Below, in pieces: positions 39,525 through 48,451 of a stretch of DNA of 64,000 nucleotides. The notes below the pieces were generated by a model. The model saw nothing but the letters and a program-made list of their open reading frames with translations. It searched no databases and was not told the DNA's origin. The stretch's first letter is position 1, and each line of letters starts with the position of its first letter. The stretch is taken from the NCBI GenBank assembly GCA_943350765.1, contig CALRAJ010000001.1, positions 96,689 to 160,688 on the forward strand, read 5' to 3'. The stretch is from Candidatus Tayloriibacteriota bacterium (GTDB lineage: Bacteria; Patescibacteriota; Minisyncoccia; Phycocordibacterales; PALSA-1337). The position numbers and the translations under genes were made by a program.

Positions 39525-41306
39525 ATGGATATACGAAACATCGCAATCATCGCCCATGTGGACCACGGCAAGACCACCCTTACTGATGCTATTTTAAAGC
39601 AAACTGGTTTTTCAAAAGAAGGTGTTTCTATGGATAGCAATACCCTCGAGCTCGAGCGTGGCATTACTATTTATGCAAAAAATGCGTCTATTGAATACAA
39701 GGGTACCAAAATCAACATCGTGGACACACCAGGTCACGCCGACTTTGGCTCAGAAGTAGAGCGAGTTCTCCGATCTATTGATACTGTGCTTCTCATAGTA
39801 GATGCCCAAGAGGGTCCGATGCCCCAAACCCGTTTTGTACTCAAAAAGTCACTTGAGCTCGGTCTCAAACCTATCGTCGTTTTAAACAAAATCGACAAGC
39901 CCGCTGCCCGACCACAGGAAGCACACGATGAAATCCTTGAGCTATTTATTGAGCTTGGTGCTACAGACGATCAACTCGACTTTCCCTATGTGTATGCCAT
40001 AGGCCGACAAGGTATTGCAAAATACAAGCTCACAGATGATAGTAAAAATCTCGATCCTATTCTCGATACCATTCTCGCCAAAGTACCACCATCAAAAAAA
40101 GATATTTCTGCCCCACTTCGAGCCCAGTCATTCAATCTTGGCTATGACAACTTTCTCGGTAGACAAGCCATAATCCGTATATATGAAGGTATTATTAAGA
40201 CTGGTCAAACTGTATTTGCAAAAACAAACACAGGCACCTTGCATAGTGGTAAAATCACTAAAATCCTTGCTTTTGATGGTCTCGACCGCAAAGAAGTACC
40301 TCAGGCAGAAGCTGGTGATATAGTGATTATTTCTGGTCTACCAGATATCTACATCGGTGAGACTATTTGTGAAAAATCTGACCAGGAACCCTTACCTGCT
40401 ATTGCCATTGATGAGCCGACCATTTCTCTCACTTTTTTGGTCAACAACTCCCCTTTTGCTGGACGAGAAGGAAAGTTTCTTACTACTCGACAGATTCGTG
40501 ACCGACTAGAAAAAGAGCTCGAAATCAATGTGGGTTTAAAAGTAGACTTTGGTGCAAATGACACCTTCAAGGTCTTTGGACGAGGTGAGTTGCATATTTC
40601 TATTCTTCTAGAAAACATGAGACGAGAAGGCTATGAGCTACAGGTATCTCAGCCACAGGTAATCATAAAAGAAATTGACGGGGTCAAATCTGAGCCATTT
40701 GAGGAGCTCACTGTAGATGTACGCACCGAGCATACTGGTACGGTTATCGAAAAGATTGGTAAGAGAAAAGGTATTATGACCGATATGAGAGAAAGGGACG
40801 GCATCTCAAGAATTATTTTTGAGATCCCGACTAGAGGATTGCTTGGCTACCGTGGGCAATTTGTAATCGATACCAAGGGTGAGGGCATCATGTCCTCACG
40901 AGTACTTGGATTTAGAGAACATGTTGGTGAGATCAACAAACACGAAACTGGCTCTATGATTTCTATGGAAACTGGCAAGGCACTCGCTTTTGCACTTTGG
41001 AATCTTCAAGAGCGAGGTGTGCTTTATATCAAGCCAACAGATGAGATATACACAGGAATGGTAGTGGGTAATGTGACCAAGGGTGATGAAATGACCGTAA
41101 ATCCAACCAAGGGTAAACAGCTCACCAACATGCGTGCTTCTGGGTCAGACGAGAGTATTTACTTGACCCCAGCATGGGAACTCACCATCGAACGAGGCCT
41201 AGAAATCATGCACGAGGATGAGTACCTAGAAATCTGCCCTAAAAGCGTAAGACTTCGCAAGAAAAATCTAACCGATACTGATAGAGCAAAGGCAAAAAGA
41301 GTGTAA
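39525..41306 (+). CDS. typA: Translational GTPase TypA/BipA
   Basis: IRNIAIIAHVDHGKTTL, ERGITI, DTPGHADF, GRGELH, RREGYE, KQLTNMRASG. Confidence 0.97.
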   Translation: MDIRNIAIIAHVDHGKTTLTDAILKQTGFSKEGVSMDSNTLELERGITIYAKNASIEYKGTKINIVDTPGHADFGSEVERVLRSIDTVLLIVDAQEGPMPQTRFVLKKSLELGLKPIVVLNKIDKPAARPQEAHDEILELFIELGATDDQLDFPYVYAIGRQGIAKYKLTDDSKNLDPILDTILAKVPPSKKDISAPLRAQSFNLGYDNFLGRQAIIRIYEGIIKTGQTVFAKTNTGTLHSGKITKILAFDGLDRKEVPQAEAGDIVIISGLPDIYIGETICEKSDQEPLPAIAIDEPTISLTFLVNNSPFAGREGKFLTTRQIRDRLEKELEINVGLKVDFGANDTFKVFGRGELHISILLENMRREGYELQVSQPQVIIKEIDGVKSEPFEELTVDVRTEHTGTVIEKIGKRKGIMTDMRERDGISRIIFEIPTRGLLGYRGQFVIDTKGEGIMSSRVLGFREHVGEINKHETGSMISMETGKALAFALWNLQERGVLYIKPTDEIYTGMVVGNVTKGDEMTVNPTKGKQLTNMRASGSDESIYLTPAWELTIERGLEIMHEDEYLEICPKSVRLRKKNLTDTDRAKAKRV

Positions 41307-41312
41307 TTTTAT

Positions 41313-41359
41313 AAAAAACAGCCGAATGATTTTTACATAAAATCATTCGGCTGTTTTTT
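41313..41359. terminator. Bidirectional terminator between typA and truB
   Basis: aaaaaacagccgaatgatttt...aaaatcattcggctgtttttt. Confidence 0.85.
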
Positions 41360-42131
41360 ATCTAAAATTTAAAACTTTCGAAATATCGTATTCCCCCACT
41401 TTTGTTCTCAAAATACTCAGTGCGAGTGCTGGTACTCCAAGCTTTTTACCTAGCTCATTTGCAATAGATCTGATATACACACCACTTCCACAGACTACTT
41501 TTATTTTTATAACAGGAAGTGTCTTTTGTGGATATTTTAGTTTAAAAAAGCTCTTCCATTTTTCAATTATTTCTGCCTGGCGAAAATCACCCGTAACTAG
41601 AGAAATATTTTTAAAGATTCGTGTCTCAAGTGAGAGTAAAGATATTTGTTCTATAGATATTATTTCTATACCGTAAACCTCGACTTCCCTGCTTGGAGTA
41701 TCCTCCTCCAGTAGAGTCTCACTTTTTGCGTATTCAAAAAGGGCCTTACCATGTAGGGTTTTTGAGGAATAGGGTGGGTATTTTTGTGCATATCTACCGA
41801 CAAATGACGCGAGGTGTGATTCTATGAGAGCATATTTTGACACACTAGTTGAAACAGGCTCAGGCAAAATACCCACAACTTTACCTAAAATATCGTATGT
41901 ATCTGTTCCCACTCCCAAAAGCACTTCGCATTCATACTCTTTATCCAGTCCAAGGTACTTCTCACGCTCCTTATTCTCCTCATCCACAAGCACGAGCATT
42001 AAACCCTCTGCCATGGGATCCAGCCTTCCTGCGTATGACAAAACTGTGTTTTTGTATTCGGGCTTTGCCAGTCGTAGTTCGTCCAAGCATTGCAAAGGTG
42101 TTTCCCCTATCTTTTTATATAAGCAAAGCAT
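41358..42131 (-). CDS. truB: tRNA pseudouridine(55) synthase TruB-like (no PUA domain)
   Basis: YAGRLDPMAEGL, KEY...LGVGTDTYD..G, Q..P.YSS, CGSGVYIRSIA..LG, LRTKVG. Confidence 0.85.
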   Translation of the reverse strand: MLCLYKKIGETPLQCLDELRLAKPEYKNTVLSYAGRLDPMAEGLMLVLVDEENKEREKYLGLDKEYECEVLLGVGTDTYDILGKVVGILPEPVSTSVSKYALIESHLASFVGRYAQKYPPYSSKTLHGKALFEYAKSETLLEEDTPSREVEVYGIEIISIEQISLLSLETRIFKNISLVTGDFRQAEIIEKWKSFFKLKYPQKTLPVIKIKVVCGSGVYIRSIANELGKKLGVPALALSILRTKVGEYDISKVLNFR

Positions 42132-42180
42132 TGATTATATTATATTTTATTTTTGTTACTGAGACTTTTGATAATGATTT

Positions 42181-42215
42181 AAATAAAAAACTTCGTGCAA
42201 AACAACCTCACGAAG
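42181..42215 (-). terminator. Terminator of the ncRNA unit
   Basis: cttcgtg...cacgaag followed by ttttttattt on minus strand. Confidence 0.75.
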
Positions 42216-42217
42216 CA

Positions 42218-42644
42218 TAGAACTTATGATTGGTTTCCCTCACAAACAATACAGGTATAATTATAATACCCCATTGATTCAGATTAGCGAGACTCACCGC
42301 TGTTAGCCAGACCCGCCTTCCCATTTAAGCCTTCAACACACCTGTGTGCGTAGCGTATTTATTCAAGAATACTCGGCTAGGATTATCTGGCGCATTGTTG
42401 AGTCCCCGTTGTTTGTTTTCGGCGTTTTGGTATAAGGAGCCGTCTCATAAACTACTACCCCAGTTGTCCTGCAAGGGTAGGAGCTTCGCTTGATTACCTG
42501 CGTAAAAAAGCTCAACTCTGAGACAAGGAAGTTTGTGAGTAGAGGGATAATGTTGAGTCTTGCAGACCCTTTCACCGAAGAACAAAGTCTCTATTTTCCC
42601 CACATGCTCTCCCTTTATTCAAGGTACGCCAACCTCAAGTTCTA
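42218..42644 (-). ncRNA. Unidentified large structured ncRNA candidate (~430 nt)
   Basis: Own promoter and terminator, 16-nt 5'/3' closing stem, nested long-range helices, no credible ORF. Confidence 0.65.
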
Positions 42645-42651
42645 AGGACAG

Positions 42652-42680
42652 ATGATAGCACCCCACTGACTAAATGTCAA
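42652..42680 (-). promoter_or_regulatory. Sigma70 promoter driving the ncRNA candidate
   Basis: TTGACA(42680-42675)-17-TATCAT(42657-42652) with extended TG. Confidence 0.8.
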
Positions 42681-42731
42681 GATTTTTATCCATAACTCTT
42701 TTTCACTAAGTTATGTTATACTATCTGTACA

Positions 42732-43406
42732 ATGTTGATAGAATTTTTTTTTGATAAAATCGCCATTTTTTTAAATAGTACATCAGTTATCAATATACTT
42801 TTTCTGATTACACTTATTATCAATGGTATTGTTTTTATAGTCGTACTTTATCACTGGTTTACATATCGCCCAAGTACTGCGGTCGTACTTGTACAGAATG
42901 AGCAGATACTGAGAGTTTACCGAAAACACTGGTTTAGATTTTTTACTGATGTTTTGATCATAGTCGCTCTTATTTTTATACCACTTACTCTTTCCTTACT
43001 ACCAAGTGATCAGATGCAGTGGTTTAAAAGTATCACTCCATTCCTAAATGCCCTCTATAGCTCATGGCTAGTCTTTTTACTATTTGGTTTTTTGATAATG
43101 GCAACAAATTATTTTCTCGATATCTGGGTTTTGACCAACAAACGTCTGGTAGATGTGGATCAAAGGGGGTTATTTAAAAGAGACATCTCTGAAATCCGGC
43201 TGGAAAAGATTGAGGATATAAACATCAAAATATTTGGCATCATTGATACTTTTCTAGGGATAGGTACTGTAGAAATAGAGTCTGCAGGAGCAGTAAAGGA
43301 GTTTTCTCTGAAAAATATCGCACATCCAGAACAAGCCCGAGCTGAGATAAGTGCAACAGCAAGTAGAAAGCTCGATGAGGTACAAGAAGTAAAAATCGTC
43401 GTATAA
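42732..43406 (+). CDS. Membrane protein with bacterial PH (bPH_2) domain
   Basis: RKHW, D.WVLTNKRLVDVDQRGLFKR.ISE..LEKIEDI, GIGTVEIESAG. Confidence 0.8.
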   Translation: MLIEFFFDKIAIFLNSTSVINILFLITLIINGIVFIVVLYHWFTYRPSTAVVLVQNEQILRVYRKHWFRFFTDVLIIVALIFIPLTLSLLPSDQMQWFKSITPFLNALYSSWLVFLLFGFLIMATNYFLDIWVLTNKRLVDVDQRGLFKRDISEIRLEKIEDINIKIFGIIDTFLGIGTVEIESAGAVKEFSLKNIAHPEQARAEISATASRKLDEVQEVKIVV

Positions 43407-43466
43407 TATATGTTAATTTTATCTAAATCACACTCTCTAGAGTTATGTTTGTGATATTATATACAA

Positions 43467-44381
43467 ATGAAACGGAGAATTCTAAAAACTTACTTTTTTA
43501 TTCTTTATATTCTTCTATTTTCTCTTGCTACTTCTGTCTTTTTTATTAAAACTTCCTACGCAGAAACAGTAAACGCTGGTCTAGTTACAGGTATCTGGTA
43601 CTCTAAATATCCCTTCTATTCCGATGATTTGGTCAGTATTTATTCTGCAATACAAAATCGTTCGGACATTGCTCTCTCTGCTAAGGTAGGGTTTTATATC
43701 AATAATACACTGATAGGAAGCACAAACATCGAAATAGCCAAAAATAGTATCTCCGTAGCTACTCTTCAATGGAAAGCGACTCTGGGAAGCAAGGTGATGT
43801 ACACAAAGATTATTGAACTGAAAACACCTGACGGTACCTCTGTTTCCACACAATCAATAAATACAGAAACGGCTCCCAGCTCGGTTCAGATAGTGCTAGA
43901 TCCTGAAATAGTTAGAGCGGAAGCTGAAAGAAAGTTGGCGGAGGAGAAAAAAGCAATTGCATTAAACGCTACAAATAAAACCCTTGACACCGAATCAACT
44001 TTAAATAGACTTGCTACCACTAAAGATATAGCCCCTATCCTTCAGAATACCGAAAATTCAATATATTCAACAATCAAAAAGATAGGTGATATTGCAGACA
44101 CTGGCTCAAAAAAGCTTGCCAAGTTTCTAATTGACCAAAAAAAGCCAGATACAGTCATAAAACCAAACACCAAACAAACAGATAAGTCTTCAAAGTTTTC
44201 ATTCCTGTCATCCTCCCCTTTTCTTGCAAATGCCTACACAAGTATATACAACAGATTTATAGATCTAAGTGCCACAGCCTTGATATTCTGGAAATTAGTT
44301 TTATTACTAATCATTCTTGTTCTCATTATTTTTAAAACTAAATCTTGGGCAAAACGAGGTGGAGGTGAGGGTGGGTATTAA
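43467..44381 (+). CDS. Hypothetical surface protein (Ig/CARDB-like N-terminus, C-terminal TM)
   Basis: Signal peptide, NAG.V.GIWYSK.PF, beta-rich domain, C-terminal TM. Confidence 0.65.
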   Translation: MKRRILKTYFFILYILLFSLATSVFFIKTSYAETVNAGLVTGIWYSKYPFYSDDLVSIYSAIQNRSDIALSAKVGFYINNTLIGSTNIEIAKNSISVATLQWKATLGSKVMYTKIIELKTPDGTSVSTQSINTETAPSSVQIVLDPEIVRAEAERKLAEEKKAIALNATNKTLDTESTLNRLATTKDIAPILQNTENSIYSTIKKIGDIADTGSKKLAKFLIDQKKPDTVIKPNTKQTDKSSKFSFLSSSPFLANAYTSIYNRFIDLSATALIFWKLVLLLIILVLIIFKTKSWAKRGGGEGGY

Positions 44382-44383
44382 GC

Positions 44384-44420
44384 AAATAAAAAAAGTGTTC
44401 TGATCTATATCAGAACACTT
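44384..44420. terminator. Terminator between convergent genes
   Basis: aagtgttctgat-ctat-atcagaacactt; tttttttattt follows on minus strand. Confidence 0.8.
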
Positions 44421-44434
44421 AAACAAGGAAAACT

Positions 44435-45052
44435 TTAATCGAAACGATTCTCCCCAAATCTTACAGGCCAACAAAGACTACTGTCATCGAGACTTGGGAC
44501 AACCTGACCTATTCCCTGTTCCCGAAGACTAGCCTTTGACATAATCTCAAGCTGACCTGCGACCTGAAACACATTGTGTCCCCAGACACTAAATTCAAGT
44601 ACTGGTAAGCCTTCGGCCTCATCTTTTGGTAAGGGTAATACATCAAACACCCTAGTACAGAAAACATCTCCGTGTTTTCTAACTCTGCAAAGCAACCCTC
44701 TGTGACTGCCACAATGTGTAATAGGGTTACTTACCGAGGTCTCCAGGACTTGATCGGATAATGGCCAGATAGTGGGTACAGGTATCGGCCAGCAGGGCGC
44801 GAGGCTGTCAACACCTTCAATGAAGTGATTTCCTGTCCGACTAGACCAGTCCTTTACTGCCTTCGTGAGACCGCTAAGCGCAGTAAATATATTCAAATCA
44901 CGCGACTCAGCAACAACCAAGACAGAGTCGTCGTATTTCGCCACTGGTCCATTCCAGAGAACTGCTCGTAGCACTTTGCCATCTGGAGTACTGTTTTGTG
45001 CGGATCGGGTAAAACGCCCGCGGTGGACACTGAGGGATATGATGTGATTCAT
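44435..45052 (-). CDS. Hypothetical protein (orphan cassette)
   Basis: 205-aa ORF with a possible internal duplication (DSLAPCWPI / DDSSLCWPV), boxA-like GTTCCTCAAAA upstream. Confidence 0.6.
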   Translation of the reverse strand: MNHIISLSVHRGRFTRSAQNSTPDGKVLRAVLWNGPVAKYDDSVLVVAESRDLNIFTALSGLTKAVKDWSSRTGNHFIEGVDSLAPCWPIPVPTIWPLSDQVLETSVSNPITHCGSHRGLLCRVRKHGDVFCTRVFDVLPLPKDEAEGLPVLEFSVWGHNVFQVAGQLEIMSKASLREQGIGQVVPSLDDSSLCWPVRFGENRFD

Positions 45053-45353
45053 AGGTATTTGATTTTTTTGAGGAACAATTATTTTATTTCTTCATCCTTA
45101 GCACCGTAAATGCCAAGGTAAAACAAAAGTAGCCCTCAAGGGCTACTTTTTGTCATCGTTTGGTTAGAAAATAGTCTTCTTAAACAATAGCAAAAAGTAA
45201 TCCCCGAGAGAGGGTATTGGTTTTCTTGCTAGTATTTAAAATTGAAATACTTTTAATCATTGTTCCAATCATACCAGTAATGTAAAATAAATACAATGGG
45301 CTAGCAAAGATTGCTCTTACAGTAAGACTTTTTACTTCCAACAATGTTTCGTT

Positions 45354-45710
45354 TGGTGGATTTTACAGGAACTCTTCCTCTACGAGGACAGTATCCCGAT
45401 TGGATTTTTTTTACGCCAGTAGGCTTGAAAAAGTACTCAATCGGGCTTCGAGTCCTGTACGGAAGCGTCCCCACGCTTCCTACAGTCCAGCAAAAAATCC
45501 ACCAAAGGTGGATTTGTTTGTGGACCCTACAGGAATCTCTCCCTCGAATAATCCCATGCCGTCGCATGGAATTTTTCTGGGCACCGGATTCGCGACAAGC
45601 CCTACTGCGCTCGTAAACCGCGAATCCGTTCGAGTCCTGACGCAAAGCTCTGCTTTGCTTAGGGTCCACAAATTTAAAAACCACTTTATAAAAAGTGGTT
45701 TTTAAATTTG
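45354..45710 (-). repeat. Array of sense and antisense tRNA-Ala 3'-end copies
   Basis: Sense copies at 45517-45535 and 45354-45374; antisense pieces at 45660-45670, 45628-45639 and 45447-45459. Confidence 0.8.
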
Positions 45711-45783
45711 TGGACCCTACAGGACTCGAACCTGCCACCCCCTCATTGCAAATGAGGTGCTCTACCAGATGAGCTAAGGGCCC
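45711..45783 (-). tRNA. tRNA-Ala (TGC)
   Basis: gggccct/agggtcc acceptor with G3.U70, cctca-tttgcaa-tgagg anticodon arm, GGTTCGAGT T-loop; CCA not encoded. Confidence 0.97.
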
Positions 45784-45913
45784 GTACTATTGACAGTACA
45801 GCCTCTAAAACTGCCTAGATACTATAGCGAATGTTAGTACAGAAATCAAGTCATGTCGTTTCCGCATGCGCCATACATACAATACCTTTGACTTTTTATA
45901 GATATTTATGAGA

Positions 45914-46882
45914 TTAAATTTTACCCCTCGCCAATTCAAGCGTATGCACTAAAAATTCAGGCATACTACTCCCCACTGCTGATAAAGAAAGAGGAAAAAG
46001 TGACTCATCGGTGAGGCCTGGGAGTGTATTGACCTCTAGTATATATACCCCCCTTTTTGGATGCACAATAAAATCAGATCTTGAATAGTGCCGTAAGCCC
46101 AAAGCCTTGTGGACAGTGACTGATGCGTCCTGAATCTTTTTTATTTCATCTTTGGTAAAGTTGCCAGGGCAGATTTCTTTGCTCTTGCCACTGTATTTTG
46201 CTTCATAGTCAAAAATGCCGGAGGCGCTACCATGTATAATCTCGACTGGTAAAAGTGAGTAGAATGCTTCCCCACGGAAACCTTCGATCACTCCACAGGT
46301 CACTTCCCTACCAGAAATATATTCCTCTACAAGTACTTCACTATCGTATTTGAAAGCTAGCACTAGACCTTGCTCGATTTCGGCAATATTATGAACAATT
46401 GAGACACCGCTAGATGAGCCAGCTCGTACTGGCTTTACCACAGCAGGCATAGGAAAAGTTTTAAATAAATCAACTATATCCGCATGAGTATATTCGTCTT
46501 TTTTTATTATCTTATGATGTGGCGTTTTAATACCGATATCAGAAAATATCTTTTTTGACAGGGCTTTATTCATTCCAAGAGCCGACGCAAGATAGCCTGA
46601 ACCAGTGTAAGGTATTCCGATAGTATCTAGGAGGTGCTGGACTTTTCCGTCCTCACCATATTCGCCGTGCAAAGCATTAAAAATTACATCAAAATTGTTT
46701 ATCATCTCTGCTGGCTTATAGGGCATGCCACCTTTGTGCCATTCGCCAGTTTTGGAAATAAAAATATCATGAACATCATATTTGTTTGATAAATGCTTCA
46801 AAACAGACGCACCTGTTTTAAGCGACACCTCGTATTCACTTGATGGTCCACCTCGTATTACTCCTACTCGTATTTTTGACAT
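45914..46882 (-). CDS. ddl: D-alanine--D-alanine ligase
   Basis: GGPSSEYEVSL, ALHGEYGEDG, GSSSGV, FDYEAKY, LEVNTLPGLT. Start set at MSKIRV. Confidence 0.95.
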   Translation of the reverse strand: MSKIRVGVIRGGPSSEYEVSLKTGASVLKHLSNKYDVHDIFISKTGEWHKGGMPYKPAEMINNFDVIFNALHGEYGEDGKVQHLLDTIGIPYTGSGYLASALGMNKALSKKIFSDIGIKTPHHKIIKKDEYTHADIVDLFKTFPMPAVVKPVRAGSSSGVSIVHNIAEIEQGLVLAFKYDSEVLVEEYISGREVTCGVIEGFRGEAFYSLLPVEIIHGSASGIFDYEAKYSGKSKEICPGNFTKDEIKKIQDASVTVHKALGLRHYSRSDFIVHPKRGVYILEVNTLPGLTDESLFPLSLSAVGSSMPEFLVHTLELARGKI

Positions 46883-47066
46883 GGGTATAGTATAGCAAAA
46901 GTATTCAGATGTTGGAGTGGATAACAATAAGAAAAAATATATGATTTACTACCATATCGTAGTAAATCAATAATACAAACATACACAAATACTAGACGGT
47001 CGCATATTATTTGTGTATTTTTTCAAAAAGATAAACTCCTAAAAGGCTTGAGGAGCTGAGGCGAGA

Positions 47067-47142
47067 ACGGTCTAGCAAGACGCGTTACATAGGGCGAAAA
47101 GCTAGGTTTGAACGGCTCAACAGCCCTGTTGAGCCGTTGAAA
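47067..47142. repeat. Family-2 module plus aacggctcaacag palindrome
   Basis: acggtctagcaagacgcgtta (20/21 to reverse complement of 37920-37940) and palindrome 47111-47138. Confidence 0.85.
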
Positions 47143-47158
47143 TCCCTCCGTAGAGCCA

Positions 47159-48421
47159 TTATTTACCATTACGATTTATGTCATTTTCACCTCCTTTGAA
47201 GATATTACCTCTTAGTACACGGTGATAACCGATGGCAAAACGGTGCGCTTCACTATTCACAAGCAGGATTTCTTTTTTATACTTTTCTACCATTTCTGCA
47301 TTACCAATAATTGACCTTGCCCGATGTCTCTCGTCTTTAGTCACCGACACTACTGGAATAAAAATATTTGCCTTGTTGATAACTTCCTCTACCGCTCGTC
47401 TCTGTACTTCATTTCCATCGGTAACAATCATCTGTGGAAATGTCCATTCTGGGTGAGTAAGTCGTCGTTCAATAATTTCTCTAAGATTAGCAATATCATT
47501 TGCCCCATCTTCTCTATTGATCTTAAACTTTCTATACTGCGACTTTTCTGGTAGTCTATTTTCAAGCACGGTCATTACACCCACAGTATTTTTACCTGAT
47601 AAATGGGCTATGTCATACGCCTCAATACGAAACATACTTTCATTTTCACCAACTTCTGACTCCATGATTTCTCTGGTTTTAATTAATGCCACATCCTGAA
47701 TGTGTGTCAATGCGAATATTTGCCTTTTCAATTCTCCAGCTTTTTCGAATTCCTGTTTTTTTGCATATTCCTGCATTTCCTTTTCCATTTTTCGTATCAA
47801 TATTGCTTTTTTACCCTCAAAAAACAGTTTGATACGGTTAATTATTTTTGCATAATCTTTTACTGATACATCACCCGTACATACCCCAGGACACAACCCG
47901 ATTTGAGCATTAAAACATGGTTTTCCTACCAAAGGCGCACACCTGTCTCGAAATGTGAAAATCTTACGAATTATTCGTAGACCCTCCACAATACTCGAAC
48001 CCTGCGGAAATGGTCCAAAAATATATTTTATCGTAAAATCAGATGTTTTTTGCTCTAGTTCCCTTTTGCGAACAACAAGAACTCTAGGAAAATCTTCTTT
48101 TGTAATCACCACACAATTGAAACTTTTATTGTCCTTTTCTTTTGTATTATATTTTGGCTGATGTTTTTTGATCAGGCTAGCTTCCAGAATAATCGCCTCG
48201 AGTACCGAATCTGTAACACTAAAACTCAGACTATCAGCTAGAGAAACCATGTCCACGAGAAGTTGTCCTCTGGTGGCACTTAAATCCAAACCAAAATAGC
48301 TTCTTACCCTGTCTTTGAGCGAAGTCGCCCTACCAATATACAAAATATCACTACCTTGTTTAAAAAAGTAGACTCCTGGACCGTTGGGTAGTTTTATCTT
48401 TGTAATTTCTTGACTATTCAT
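47159..48421 (-). CDS. uvrC: UvrC-like excinuclease (GIY-YIG, UVR, RNase H-like; no HhH)
   Basis: P.GPGVY...ILYIGRA.SLKDRVRSYF, EFEKA, RIEAYDIAHLSG, YRKF, DG, EAHRFAI.YHR. Confidence 0.88.
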   Translation of the reverse strand: MNSQEITKIKLPNGPGVYFFKQGSDILYIGRATSLKDRVRSYFGLDLSATRGQLLVDMVSLADSLSFSVTDSVLEAIILEASLIKKHQPKYNTKEKDNKSFNCVVITKEDFPRVLVVRKRELEQKTSDFTIKYIFGPFPQGSSIVEGLRIIRKIFTFRDRCAPLVGKPCFNAQIGLCPGVCTGDVSVKDYAKIINRIKLFFEGKKAILIRKMEKEMQEYAKKQEFEKAGELKRQIFALTHIQDVALIKTREIMESEVGENESMFRIEAYDIAHLSGKNTVGVMTVLENRLPEKSQYRKFKINREDGANDIANLREIIERRLTHPEWTFPQMIVTDGNEVQRRAVEEVINKANIFIPVVSVTKDERHRARSIIGNAEMVEKYKKEILLVNSEAHRFAIGYHRVLRGNIFKGGENDINRNGK

Positions 48422-48451
48422 ATTATAAGACTATACAGTATCTAAAATACT

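Noticed and set aside
41313-41359. Long hairpin as another mobile palindrome
   Set aside because: It lies between convergent typA and truB with T-tracts on both strands, so an ordinary bidirectional terminator explains it
42363-42575. 70-aa ORF inside the RNA unit
   Set aside because: GTG start, no recognisable motif, and it lies across paired helices
42218-42644. tmRNA, RNase P RNA or retron msr-msd identity for the RNA unit
   Set aside because: An internal frame ends ...GVLKA*, vaguely tag-like, but there are no tRNA-like ends or T-loop. RNase P conserved regions are absent and no reverse transcriptase is in the window. Not excluded without a covariance search.
45301-45738. Four overlapping ORFs next to tRNA-Ala
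   Set aside because: They are translations of tRNA-derived, GC-richer repeat sequence on both strands
47159-48421. UvrC lacking C-terminal HhH as a pseudogene
   Set aside because: The frame is intact with both nuclease domains and no downstream remnant, so it is more likely a naturally short form
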